Shown: positions 1 to 9,411 of the stretch, piece by piece
Layout: each line of letters begins with the position of its first letter
How positions within the stretch are numbered: the first letter of the stretch is position 1
NCBI GenBank assembly: GCA_964558935.1
Contig: CAZLFP010000001.1
Span: 147,260 to 211,259, forward strand
Length of the DNA: 64,000 nt
Reading direction: 5' to 3'
From: an uncultured Gammaproteobacteria bacterium
Lineage (GTDB): Bacteria > Patescibacteriota > Patescibacteriia > 2-01-FULL-39-33
Made by a program: the position numbers and the translations under genes
Notes under the pieces: generated by a model
Seen by the model: the letters and a program-made list of their open reading frames with translations, nothing else
Database searches by the model: none
Told to the model about the DNA's origin: nothing

Positions 1-2
1 TT

Positions 3-1184
3 TTAAGGACGTAAAATCATTGCTTGGCCATTGTCAATTCTAATCAAAGTTGAAGGCTTGCCAACCAGCTTACCCTGATTAACATAAAAATCCACTTGGT
101 TGGAAAAGTATTTTTTAGCTTGCTTAATGGTCAAGGCTGGAGGATGGCCCTCTAAATTGGCACTGGGTGCCACCAGCGGACCGGTTTTTTTAAGCAGGTC
201 GATTAATTGCTTATTCTTCGGTAATCTAAAAGCCAAAGATTTGGCACCTCGATGCAAATACTCCAAATCTGAATTGGGGCAATCTAAGATGATACTGACC
301 GGTCCGGGCCAATACTTGCTGATCATGCTGTGAGTGGCTTTATTCAAGTTAATTTTAAATTTTTTTAACTCATTAATTGATCCAATTAAGATAATAAATG
401 GCTTATCCGGTCTACGACGCCTAACTGTATATATCCTTTCCACCACTTCTCGGTTTAAAGCTAAGCCCACTAAACCATAAATAGTATCCGTTGGCATCAC
501 TCCTATTTGACCATGCTTGATTTTTTCTACCACTGCCTGTCGAGCATTAGATTCAAGCTGAGCCATGCTCACGGCTTGCTGTAGAGAATACTTACCGACT
601 CGAGTTCTTTTTAAAGCCGTTAGGTAAGCGCCTACACCTAAATCATGACCAATGTCTCTGGCCAAGGATCTGATATACACCCCTTTGCCGGTTGTAATTC
701 TAAGTTTCAATTTGGGATAGTCGTATTTAATAATTTTAATCTCCTTAACCTGAACCGATCTGGCTTTTAATTGCAAATTACGACCCGCTCTGGCCGCCTT
801 GTATGATCTTTGACCCCCAACTTTGATGGCGCTGTATTGAGGCGGTATTTGCTGAATCTGACCAAGATATTTATTAATCACAAATTGAATTTCAGTCCGA
901 GAAGGCCGTTGGTCGCTAACTTGCTTAATCTGACCTTCAGCATCATCTGTCGTACTGGTTTTACCCAATTCCAATTCCGCCAAGTATTCTTTGTCAGATT
1001 GAACGATTGAGTTAATCTGTCTGGTCGCTTCCCGACCAACGCCCACCACTAAAACACCCTCAGCTAAAGGATCTAGGGTACCGGCATGACCAACTTTCTG
1101 TTCACCGGTAATTTTTTTAATCTCAGCTATGATCTGGAAAGAAGTTGGTCCCTGAGGTTTGTTGACCACAAAAATGTTTGACAT
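3..1184 (-). CDS. truB: tRNA pseudouridine(55) synthase TruB fused to a C-terminal TsaC/YrdC (Sua5 N-terminal) threonylcarbamoyl-AMP synthase domain
   Basis: N-half has TruB motifs VNKPQGPTS, VGHAGTLDPLAEGVL, PPQYSAIKVGG, KGVYIRSLARDIG, LKRTRVG. C-half has YrdC motifs MPTDTIYGL, KPFIIL, WPGPVSII, LAFRLP, PLVAPSAN. Start taken at ATG 1184. Confidence 0.93.
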   Translation of the reverse strand: MSNIFVVNKPQGPTSFQIIAEIKKITGEQKVGHAGTLDPLAEGVLVVGVGREATRQINSIVQSDKEYLAELELGKTSTTDDAEGQIKQVSDQRPSRTEIQFVINKYLGQIQQIPPQYSAIKVGGQRSYKAARAGRNLQLKARSVQVKEIKIIKYDYPKLKLRITTGKGVYIRSLARDIGHDLGVGAYLTALKRTRVGKYSLQQAVSMAQLESNARQAVVEKIKHGQIGVMPTDTIYGLVGLALNREVVERIYTVRRRRPDKPFIILIGSINELKKFKINLNKATHSMISKYWPGPVSIILDCPNSDLEYLHRGAKSLAFRLPKNKQLIDLLKKTGPLVAPSANLEGHPPALTIKQAKKYFSNQVDFYVNQGKLVGKPSTLIRIDNGQAMILRP

Positions 1185-1192
1185 AAACACAA

Positions 1193-1214
1193 AGCATCGC
1201 TGGGTAGCGATGCT
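1193..1214 (-). terminator. hairpin / probable intrinsic terminator upstream of truB
   Basis: AGCATCGCT-gggt-AGCGATGCT perfect 9-bp inverted repeat followed by TTGTGTTT on the minus strand. Confidence 0.5.
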
Positions 1215-1223
1215 GAGATGAAA

Positions 1224-1520
1224 TTATTCAGCTAAAGCTTGGTCAGATAAATCATTGCCGCTAAAATCATCGGCATTAATCGCATTTAACAAGCTATCCA
1301 ATTCATTTAAATCTGTTTGTAAGCCAAGATCATCAGTTTGATCTGTAACTTGTTCATCTGAACCAGTTATTGATGTATCATCTGGAGTCGGAGTCGGTGC
1401 CACGGGCGGTGTAACCGGTTTTTGAACAGATGAAGACGTTTGATTCTGTCCGGCTTGACAGCCAACTAAAGCCAAACCACTAACAAGTAAAACGGTAACG
1501 AGTAAATATTTGGTACGCAT
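1224..1520 (-). CDS. small lipoprotein, Pro/Thr-rich linker, acidic C-terminus
   Basis: signal peptide with lipobox LVGC; PVTPPVAPTPTP linker. Confidence 0.75.
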   Translation of the reverse strand: MRTKYLLVTVLLVSGLALVGCQAGQNQTSSSVQKPVTPPVAPTPTPDDTSITGSDEQVTDQTDDLGLQTDLNELDSLLNAINADDFSGNDLSDQALAE

Positions 1521-1524
1521 ATAA

Positions 1525-2097
1525 TTATTGATTATTTGTTTGAACTTCCATGTCTGACTGAATCTGCTCTCTTAAGGCTTGAATGTGTGGCCTGACAGTT
1601 TGTTGGTAGTATAACCGGATATCCAAGGAGTCTTGCCTGACAGTCATTAAAGACTGGCGAGATTCTTCCAGAGCAGTTGCAAACTGTCCTTCAGATTGAC
1701 CGCAGGCATAATCACCGGTATTTCTGAGTTTGCCAATGTAATCTGAGTAATTATTTCTGAACTGGTTAATTTCCGCATCCAAATAACTGACATCATTTTC
1801 CAAATCTGAGGTGTCATAACCCTTGTCGCTAATTTTAGCAATAATTTCATTTAGCTTATCTTTCATCTTGTTGTAATTAGCCAAGTGTCTTTCATAATTA
1901 TTCTCGTAACGTGAGATGCTCAACTCAATGCGAGATTCAATCAAGCCACAACGTTCCTGCAATCTGGCTTCTAATTGTGATTTAAATTGATTCATGCGCT
2001 CTTCCAAGTTGCCAGCTTGATTGTCTTGCTGGGCAGAAACCGTATTGACCAAGGCAAAACAACTCAAGACCAAAGTGATGCCGATGATTTTTTTCAT
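1525..2097 (-). CDS. secreted alpha-helical/coiled-coil hypothetical protein
   Basis: N-terminal signal peptide (MKKIIGITLVLSCFALVNTVSA); heptad-like helical body with two Cys. Confidence 0.75.
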   Translation of the reverse strand: MKKIIGITLVLSCFALVNTVSAQQDNQAGNLEERMNQFKSQLEARLQERCGLIESRIELSISRYENNYERHLANYNKMKDKLNEIIAKISDKGYDTSDLENDVSYLDAEINQFRNNYSDYIGKLRNTGDYACGQSEGQFATALEESRQSLMTVRQDSLDIRLYYQQTVRPHIQALREQIQSDMEVQTNNQ

Positions 2098-2141
2098 ACT
2101 TTTTTAGTTATGAATATTAGTTAGCTATATTATATTAAAAT

Positions 2142-3311
2142 TTATTTTATAATGTCAATTCTCTTGCGCATGCTTTTGGTTCTGGCCCGATTGGAAAAAC
2201 GATGTGCTTCATCTCTAATTTGTAACAGGAGTGGTTTGATACTCTGAACCAAAACTTTAATACTCGTCTTGGTTTTACCGGGATAGACCAATTTATCTTC
2301 TGCGTATTTAGACAAGCCCACCAAAGGAATGCTTAAGTTTCTGTCTTGAAACAGTTGATTGAGATAATCAATTTGCGGTTTGCCGCCATCGATTAAGATT
2401 AAATCAGGCCTGGGCCATTCCGGATGATTAAATCTACGCGTTAGCATTTCAGCCAAAGCTCTGAGATCATCATGCTTGGGAGCGGATTTTATTTTAAACA
2501 GCCGATACTGACTTTTATCTGGCTTGCCGTTAGTCATAACCGCCATTGCTCCATAAGTATCCTGACCGGTCAAGTGAGAAATATCATAGGCTTCGATTCT
2601 GGATACTCCTTTCGTGGATTCTATCTCATCTTGAGTCAACAGGGTAACTTCCTGAATCTTCTCAAAAGCTTCGGCCTGTTCCGGATTTTCTGTCTTAAGC
2701 CTGGTCATTAACCTTTTCTTCTGACCCGCAAACAACATAATGATATTATGAATATTTTTCTGATATTCTTTTTCATCTATTTCACCTATGCATGTTCCCG
2801 GACATAAACCAATTTGGTAATCGAAACAAGCTTTCCCTTGATTAGGTGTGCAAGTGCTGTATGGAAAGATTCTTCTGATTATTTTAAGGGCATTTTTGAT
2901 CAAATATTGATTTTGAAAAGGTCCAAAAATTTTATTTTTAGAGACGGGGAATTTTTTCAACTCATGACCTCTGATCAGAATGGGATAACTAAACTTAGTT
3001 AGCGGAAAAACCAAATAGACAAATGACTTATCGTCTTTATCTCGAATATTGTACTTAGGCCAATGTTCTTTAATCTTTCGAGCTTCCAGTAGGATGGCTT
3101 CCAGTACCGTATCCGTAGTCTGGTACTTAATGTCTTTGGCCTGTTCTACCATTTCCGCAATTCTGGGATCTAAGTCTTTTCTAAAATATTGAGCCACTCT
3201 CTTCCTTAGGTTAGTCGCTCTGCCAATGTAAAGAATCTGCTTATTTATATCTAAGAATCTGTAAACTCCCGGTTGATTGGGAAAATCTTTGATTTTGTGT
3301 TTCAAATCCAT
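2142..3311 (-). CDS. uvrC: excinuclease ABC subunit C, short form
   Basis: GIY-YIG (PGVYRF...LYIGRA), Cys cluster CTPNQGKACFDYQIGLCPGTC, RNase H-like domain (RIEAYDISH, PDLILIDGGKPQ, IRDEAHRF); no C-terminal HhH. Confidence 0.92.
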   Translation of the reverse strand: MDLKHKIKDFPNQPGVYRFLDINKQILYIGRATNLRKRVAQYFRKDLDPRIAEMVEQAKDIKYQTTDTVLEAILLEARKIKEHWPKYNIRDKDDKSFVYLVFPLTKFSYPILIRGHELKKFPVSKNKIFGPFQNQYLIKNALKIIRRIFPYSTCTPNQGKACFDYQIGLCPGTCIGEIDEKEYQKNIHNIIMLFAGQKKRLMTRLKTENPEQAEAFEKIQEVTLLTQDEIESTKGVSRIEAYDISHLTGQDTYGAMAVMTNGKPDKSQYRLFKIKSAPKHDDLRALAEMLTRRFNHPEWPRPDLILIDGGKPQIDYLNQLFQDRNLSIPLVGLSKYAEDKLVYPGKTKTSIKVLVQSIKPLLLQIRDEAHRFSNRARTKSMRKRIDIIK

Positions 3312-5903
3312 CTAGTCTTTTAAATAATCTTTCAAATATTTAGCCGTATCTGACTGTTTATTTTTGCCCGCCAAATAATTGCCAACCACTTCTTCAGGTG
3401 TACCTTTGGCCACAATCTGACCACCCCTATCCCCTCCATCCGGTCCCAGATCAATCACGTAATCAGCGGATTTAATCACATGCATGTTATGTTCAATGAT
3501 AATAATACTGTTACCTCTGTCCACTAATTTATTTAAAACTTCAAGAAGCATTTCCACGTCTTTATAATGCAGTCCCACTGTTGGTTCGTCTAATAAATAC
3601 AAACTCCTTTTACCTAAGGTATGAGTCAACTCTCTGGCCAATTTAATTCTTTGAGCTTCACCGCCGGATAAAGTGGTAGCACTTTGGCCAAGTTGTAAAT
3701 AACCCAGTCCGACTTCTTGCAGAACTTTCAGTTTATCTGTAATTAAATATTGCCCATCAAAATATGTAACTGCTTCATCGATGGTCAGTTCCAAAACATC
3801 AGCAATGTTTTTTCCTTTGTATTTGACTTGCAGTGTTTCTCGGTTAAACCTTTTACCATGACAAACATCGCATTCCACGTAAACAGCCGGTAGAAAATGC
3901 ATTTCAATTAAATTAAAGCCGGCTCCGTCGCAAGCTTCACATCTGCCTCCAGCCCTGTTAAAAGAAAACCGAGATAAGGTATAGGCTCTTTCCTTGGATT
4001 CCGGTAACTGTGCAAAAAATTCCCTGATTGGAGTGTAGATACCGGTGTAAGTGGCTGGATTGGAGCGAGGAGATCTGCCGATTGGAGATTGGTCAACAAT
4101 TACCACTCGATTAATATATTCAGAGCCAATTATCTTAGAAACGTTTTCAAGAGTATTTCTTTCTCCATGTTTTATTTTAACCAAATTTTCATACACAGAA
4201 TCATACAGCAGTGAAGATTTTCCGGATCCGGATACTCCGGAAATACACACTAACTTTCTAAGTGGAACTTCAACCTGTAGATTTTTAAGATTATTGGCCT
4301 TAGCTCCAATTATTTTCAAAGCTTCAGTGGTTTTTTCTCGTCTTTTGGGAATTTCAATCTTTTCATTCCCTCTTAAATAATCCAAAGTTAAAGATTTTTG
4401 TTTGTTGCTTTTCTTAAATAATTCTTTAATTTCACCTTGAGCCACCACTTCCCCACCTTCAGAACCCGCCAAAGGTCCCAAGTCGACCAAATAGTCGGAT
4501 TCTTTAATTACTCTTTCATCATGCTCGACTACGATCACGGAATTATTCTGATCCCTTAAAGATTTTAAAGTGTCTATTAACCGATCATTATCCCTTTCAT
4601 GCAAGCCAATGGTTGGTTCATCTAAGATATACAAAGTATGGGATAAATATGACCCAATCTGAGAAGATAATCTTATTCTTTGAGCTTCGCCTCCGGACAG
4701 AGTTTCGGCTTCTCTGCTCAACGACAAATAATCCAAGCCCACCTGAATTAGAAAAAAAAGTCTGTCACTTATTTCTTGAACCACTTCCTGAGCAATCTCC
4801 ACTTCCCTTTTGGTCATTTTCTTTTTATAGGTTTCAAAAAAAGAATACAGCTTATCTATGCTCAGTTCACTGACTTGGGCAATGTTCTTGTTATTAATTC
4901 TAACTGACAAAGCTTCCGGTTTTAATCTTTTGCCTTCACATTCCAAGCATGGAGCAACGACTCTTTCATACTTATTGACATAACTGCCTTTCTTTTTGGG
5001 ATCATCTGTTTCAAGTCTTTTTCTTTCCCATTTTTCCAATCTACCAATCCCATGACAATTCTCACACGCTCCATGTGGACTATTAAAAGAAAACAGCCTT
5101 GGTTCTACCTCGGGAAAAGCAAAACCATCATGCGGACAAGTCCAATTGGAAGACAGAAGAATGTCTTTTTCCTGATCGCCTTCGTTGTACAAAGCGATAA
5201 CTAGTCCTTGAGAATAGCTTAAAGCGTTTTCCACCGCTTCAGATAATCTGGTTTGATCATCCAATTTAAATTTATCCACCACAATATCTATACTGTGCTT
5301 TTTATACCTTGCCAGTTTTATTTCATTGTGCAAAGATTGGATTTTACCGTCTATTCTGGCTTCAGCATAACCTAAAGACAGATAATCATACAGTAATTGG
5401 TAGTACTCGCCTTTTCTATCTATAACCACAGGTGAGAGAATGGTTACATAATCTGTCTGATTATCCTCTGCTCTTGCAACTATTATATCCAACATTTCAT
5501 CCAATGCCAGTCTTTCTATCTTATGACCGCATTTGGGACAAAATACTTCACCCAAACGAGCATATAATACACGCAGATAATCATAGATCTCGGTTAAAGT
5601 TCCAACCGTTGATCTCGGATTTCTGCTTAAAGCCTTCTGGTCAATGGAAATGGCAGGAGCCAAACCAATAATTTCATCCACTTCCGCCGGTTTCATTTGG
5701 CCCAAAAACTGTCTGGCATAAGGAGATAAGGATTCAATGTATCTTCTTTGGCCTTCCGCAAAGATGGTATCGAAAGCTAAAGACGACTTACCGGATCCTG
5801 AGACACCCGTAAAAACCACCAGTTGGTTATGGGGTATTTCCAAATTAACATTTTTCAAATTGTGCATTCTAGCACCTTTGATGATTATTTTATCTTTTTG
5901 CAT
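3312..5903 (-). CDS. uvrA: excinuclease ABC subunit A
   Basis: two Walker A motifs GVSGSGKSS, two LSGGEAQRI signatures, Zn fingers, LDEPT motifs. Confidence 0.97.
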   Translation of the reverse strand: MQKDKIIIKGARMHNLKNVNLEIPHNQLVVFTGVSGSGKSSLAFDTIFAEGQRRYIESLSPYARQFLGQMKPAEVDEIIGLAPAISIDQKALSRNPRSTVGTLTEIYDYLRVLYARLGEVFCPKCGHKIERLALDEMLDIIVARAEDNQTDYVTILSPVVIDRKGEYYQLLYDYLSLGYAEARIDGKIQSLHNEIKLARYKKHSIDIVVDKFKLDDQTRLSEAVENALSYSQGLVIALYNEGDQEKDILLSSNWTCPHDGFAFPEVEPRLFSFNSPHGACENCHGIGRLEKWERKRLETDDPKKKGSYVNKYERVVAPCLECEGKRLKPEALSVRINNKNIAQVSELSIDKLYSFFETYKKKMTKREVEIAQEVVQEISDRLFFLIQVGLDYLSLSREAETLSGGEAQRIRLSSQIGSYLSHTLYILDEPTIGLHERDNDRLIDTLKSLRDQNNSVIVVEHDERVIKESDYLVDLGPLAGSEGGEVVAQGEIKELFKKSNKQKSLTLDYLRGNEKIEIPKRREKTTEALKIIGAKANNLKNLQVEVPLRKLVCISGVSGSGKSSLLYDSVYENLVKIKHGERNTLENVSKIIGSEYINRVVIVDQSPIGRSPRSNPATYTGIYTPIREFFAQLPESKERAYTLSRFSFNRAGGRCEACDGAGFNLIEMHFLPAVYVECDVCHGKRFNRETLQVKYKGKNIADVLELTIDEAVTYFDGQYLITDKLKVLQEVGLGYLQLGQSATTLSGGEAQRIKLARELTHTLGKRSLYLLDEPTVGLHYKDVEMLLEVLNKLVDRGNSIIIIEHNMHVIKSADYVIDLGPDGGDRGGQIVAKGTPEEVVGNYLAGKNKQSDTAKYLKDYLKD

Positions 5904-5907
5904 ACTC

Positions 5908-5936
5908 TTGATTCTTTAAAAAATATATGATATAAC
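5908..5936 (+). promoter_or_regulatory. sigma70-type promoter of orphan mini-gene
   Basis: TTGATT (5908-5913), 17 nt spacer, TGa-TATAAC (5931-5936). Confidence 0.55.
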
Positions 5937-5972
5937 TTTAGTATTGTTGAGTCAACCAGAGGAGGAAAAAAC

Positions 5973-6143
5973 ATGACTGAGCAATTGGAAGTACCTGAGG
6001 CCAAAAACACGCCTCTACCCAGGAGAGTTTGCATCACCGGTGGCATCTGTAAACACGGACACGAACTGCCAACCGAGTGCGATGGCGACTGCATGCTGGG
6101 TGCAGATAAACTGCCTCAGCCAGTGGCTGGTCAGCCCAACTAA
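5973..6143 (+). CDS. 56-aa Cys/His-containing orphan protein (not in ORF track)
   Basis: hand translation MTEQLEVPEAKNTPLPRRVCITGGICKHGHELPTECDGDCMLGADKLPQPVAGQPN; GGAGG SD at 5961; upstream promoter and downstream hairpins. Confidence 0.65.
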   Translation: MTEQLEVPEAKNTPLPRRVCITGGICKHGHELPTECDGDCMLGADKLPQPVAGQPN

Positions 6144-6155
6144 CTCCCTCTGCTC

Positions 6156-6227
6156 CTAGATTAGTGCAACGCTAATCTAGAGCTTCCCTCCAAACCCGCC
6201 GATCTTTTCTATCGGCGGGTCATTTTT
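6156..6227. terminator. two tandem hairpins between mini-gene and uvrB 3' end
   Basis: CTAGATTAG/CTAATCTAG (6156-6180) and ACCCGCCGAT/ATCGGCGGGT (6194-6220) followed by a T-tract. Confidence 0.7.
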
Positions 6228-8064
6228 ATTCCGATTTATTCACATCTAAAAAATCTTCTATCTCCTTCTGAATGGTTTGCGGAGTAATCCCATGCTGCAT
6301 GTTATATTGCTGTTGTAATTCCCTTCTTCTGTCCACTTCTTTAATGGCTTTTTTAATAGAATCCGTCAAATTATCTGCATACAAAATAACCTTGCCGGTA
6401 ACATTTCTGGCAGCTCTACCCATGGTTTGCATGAGTGAAGTTTCACTCCTTAAAAAACCTTCCCGATCTGCATCTAAAATGGCCACCAAGGTCACCTCCG
6501 GCAAATCCAGACCTTCTCGCAGTAAATTAACTCCAATTAAAACATCTACTCTGCCCTTTCTAAAATTATTTAAAATCTCAGTTCTTTGAATGGTCTTAAC
6601 ATCGCTATGAATATAATCCACTTTAAAACCTTTGTTTCTTAAATATGAATCCAAATCTTCAGCCATCTTCTTGGTTAAGGTGTTAACGATCGCTCTGTCA
6701 TTATTTTTAACCACGCTTTCCAATTCCTTGATTAAATCATCTACTTGGGAAAGATTGGTCTTTTTATCGAAAACTTTTCTAACTTCAACCGGTGGATCGA
6801 TTAAGCCGGTGGGCCGAATCAGCTGCTCTACCTGCTGCTTAGAATGCTTTTTCTCATAATTCCCAGGGGTAGCGGTGGTAAAAATGACCGGACCTAATCG
6901 GTCTTCAAATTCCTTAAAGTTTAAAGGCCTGTTATCTAAAGCTGACGGCAACCTCCAGCCATATTTGATCAGAGCTTGCTTTCTGGCTCTGTCTCCTTCA
7001 TACATACCCCTGACCTGAGGTATGCCAATATGAGATTCATCTACAATCGTTAAAAATTGCGGTTTACCACTTTTGTCTTTGGGAAAATAAGCTAATAATG
7101 TGTCTGGTGCGTCTCCGGCTAATTTGCCGGTCAAATGACGTGAATAATTTTCAATTCCGTTGCAATAACCCAGAGACAACAACATCTCCATATCATATCT
7201 GGTTCTTCTCTCCAGTCTTTCCGCTTCTAGATACAATCCTTTTTTGTCAAAATACTTTAATCTGTCTTTTAATTCTGCTTTAATATTACGAACCGCTTCT
7301 TTAACTTCAGGCATGGTGGACACAAAATGCTTGGATGGAAAAATAATGGTTTCTTGAAGTTCTTCCAAAATGGTTTTTTTAAGAGTGTCCATTAGGTAAA
7401 TATGCCGAACTTTCTGGTCTTCCAATTCAACTCTATGGATAATATTGTCGGCAGCCGGTTGAATGTCAAAAATATCTCCTCTGACTCTAAACAGTCCTCT
7501 TTTAAGTTCTCCGGGAGTTCTTTCAAACTGCATTTTAACGAGTTGAGAAATTAGATCTTTTCTGACGATTTCTTGACCCACCTTCAGATGCAGTGAAGAT
7601 TTAGTATAACTGGCCGGCAAACCCAGATTGTATATGCAAGAAACCGAAGCGACTATAATCACATCCTTTCTGGTAGCCAAGGCAGAAGTTGCCTGATGCC
7701 TTAATCTGTCTATCTCATCATTGATCATGGCTTCTTTTTCTATGTAGGTATCTGTGGTTGGCAAATAGGCTTCCGGCTGGTAGTAGTCATAGTAGGAAAC
7801 AAAATAATTGACACTGTTGTCCGGAAAGAAATTCTTGTATTCTCTATACAGTTGAGCCGCCAAAGCTTTATTCGGAGCCATGACTAAAACCGGTAGGTTA
7901 AATTCTTGAATCACATTAGCCACCGTAAAAGTCTTACCGGAACCGGTTACCCCGACCAAAGTTTGGAAATCATGGCCTTTTTTAAGGCCAGACACCAATT
8001 TTTTAATGGCTTGAGGCTGATCTCCGGCTGGTTTAAAGTTAGATTTTAGTGTAAATAAGGACAT
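6226..8064 (-). CDS. uvrB: excinuclease ABC subunit B
   Basis: PAGDQPQAI, GVTGSGKT, YFVSYYDYYQPEAY, DESH, LLREGLDLPEV, GRAARN; start at ATG 8064; ends without C-terminal UVR domain. Confidence 0.97.
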   Translation of the reverse strand: MSLFTLKSNFKPAGDQPQAIKKLVSGLKKGHDFQTLVGVTGSGKTFTVANVIQEFNLPVLVMAPNKALAAQLYREYKNFFPDNSVNYFVSYYDYYQPEAYLPTTDTYIEKEAMINDEIDRLRHQATSALATRKDVIIVASVSCIYNLGLPASYTKSSLHLKVGQEIVRKDLISQLVKMQFERTPGELKRGLFRVRGDIFDIQPAADNIIHRVELEDQKVRHIYLMDTLKKTILEELQETIIFPSKHFVSTMPEVKEAVRNIKAELKDRLKYFDKKGLYLEAERLERRTRYDMEMLLSLGYCNGIENYSRHLTGKLAGDAPDTLLAYFPKDKSGKPQFLTIVDESHIGIPQVRGMYEGDRARKQALIKYGWRLPSALDNRPLNFKEFEDRLGPVIFTTATPGNYEKKHSKQQVEQLIRPTGLIDPPVEVRKVFDKKTNLSQVDDLIKELESVVKNNDRAIVNTLTKKMAEDLDSYLRNKGFKVDYIHSDVKTIQRTEILNNFRKGRVDVLIGVNLLREGLDLPEVTLVAILDADREGFLRSETSLMQTMGRAARNVTGKVILYADNLTDSIKKAIKEVDRRRELQQQYNMQHGITPQTIQKEIEDFLDVNKSE

Positions 8065-8148
8065 TTGAGTTATTCCATGCACAAAAGCGCCTGACTTGGT
8101 CAGACCTAGGGGGTATAATAATCTATTTTATTGTTTCTGGCAAGCATT

Positions 8149-8225
<77 letters not shown>

Positions 8226-8231
8226 GTTTAT

Positions 8232-8969
8232 CTAAAATCTGTACCTAAACATCATATCACCGATCCAAAATAACATTGGAAAAATTATTTGTACAACCAA
8301 ATAGATAATTAAAATCCAAACCCAGATACTTAAACCCTTCTTAGATTTAGAAACTAGTTCAGATTCTTCTTCAGGATGTTTAGCCATGTACATTTTGTAA
8401 AAAATAATGGCTAAGATGCTTAAGGTACCATCTACAATCCCGCAAGCTGCCAACAGTCGGTAATAGAATTCACCCAGATCCCTTAAAACATCATAGTCCA
8501 GATAAATAATGGGCTGGAACATAATAACCACGAAAAACATAAAAACATAATTAACATAGATAATCATGTCCAGATACTTTTCTTTACCCAGAGCTTTAGA
8601 CAAAATATCCCCGTGCAAAGCCGCAAAAGCCAAAATAAAATACGTCTGGTATAAGTCACTCGTTAAAGTAGTAGAAAATATTTCCCAGATACCAAATAAA
8701 GCAGTGATAAAACTAACAACTATTAAAACAAATAAAGTGTTAATAAAAAAAGATAAGCGGGTAAAGGTATTGCGCCTGTCATTATCCCAAATGAAGATCA
8801 AACTAAGCACGGAGTGAACAATGGCTACGAATAAAGTCATTAAGACTTTAAACATAATCTCATTAAAATCCCCGACTAAAACTGCAACGACAGCTACTAG
8901 AGCTGCGATGATTAAACTACCTATCAGGGTTCCATAGGTAATTCTTTTTAAACTTGAAACATCCATCAT
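8232..8969 (-). CDS. multi-pass membrane hypothetical protein
   Basis: about 7 hydrophobic segments. Confidence 0.8.
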   Translation of the reverse strand: MMDVSSLKRITYGTLIGSLIIAALVAVVAVLVGDFNEIMFKVLMTLFVAIVHSVLSLIFIWDNDRRNTFTRLSFFINTLFVLIVVSFITALFGIWEIFSTTLTSDLYQTYFILAFAALHGDILSKALGKEKYLDMIIYVNYVFMFFVVIMFQPIIYLDYDVLRDLGEFYYRLLAACGIVDGTLSILAIIFYKMYMAKHPEEESELVSKSKKGLSIWVWILIIYLVVQIIFPMLFWIGDMMFRYRF

Positions 8970-8996
8970 AATGATTAAATTATTCCTAAATATATA

Positions 8997-9410
8997 TTAT
9001 TTACCTGTTGATCCAAATCCACCCTGCCCCCTGTCAGAATCACTTAATGCTTCCATTACTTCAAACTCAATCTTAGGCAAAGGTAAAACTATAACCTGTC
9101 CAATCCTATCCCCCACAGCATAATCATCTGGACCATTCTTTCTAAATCTTAACCTTAACTCTCCCCTGTAACCAGCATCCAAAACACCCACACAATTAGC
9201 TAAAGTCAAATCTGTGTTAGAGACACTACTCCTGGGAAAAACCAACATGACATAACCTTCCGGCAATTCAAAAGACAAGCCTGTTCCATACTCTACATAT
9301 TTATCTGTAACTTCTTTGGACACCGCATAAACATCCATACCAGCATCGGTGGTGTGAGCATACTTAGGAATTATCGCTTCCGGATTAAGCTTTTTGATTT
9401 TAATCTGCAT
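8997..9410 (-). CDS. dut: dUTP diphosphatase (trimeric)
   Basis: AGMD, PRSS, GVLDAGYRGEL, RIGQ, RGQGGFGSTG motifs; start MQIKIKK at 9410. Confidence 0.95.
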   Translation of the reverse strand: MQIKIKKLNPEAIIPKYAHTTDAGMDVYAVSKEVTDKYVEYGTGLSFELPEGYVMLVFPRSSVSNTDLTLANCVGVLDAGYRGELRLRFRKNGPDDYAVGDRIGQVIVLPLPKIEFEVMEALSDSDRGQGGFGSTGK

Positions 9411-9411
9411 A

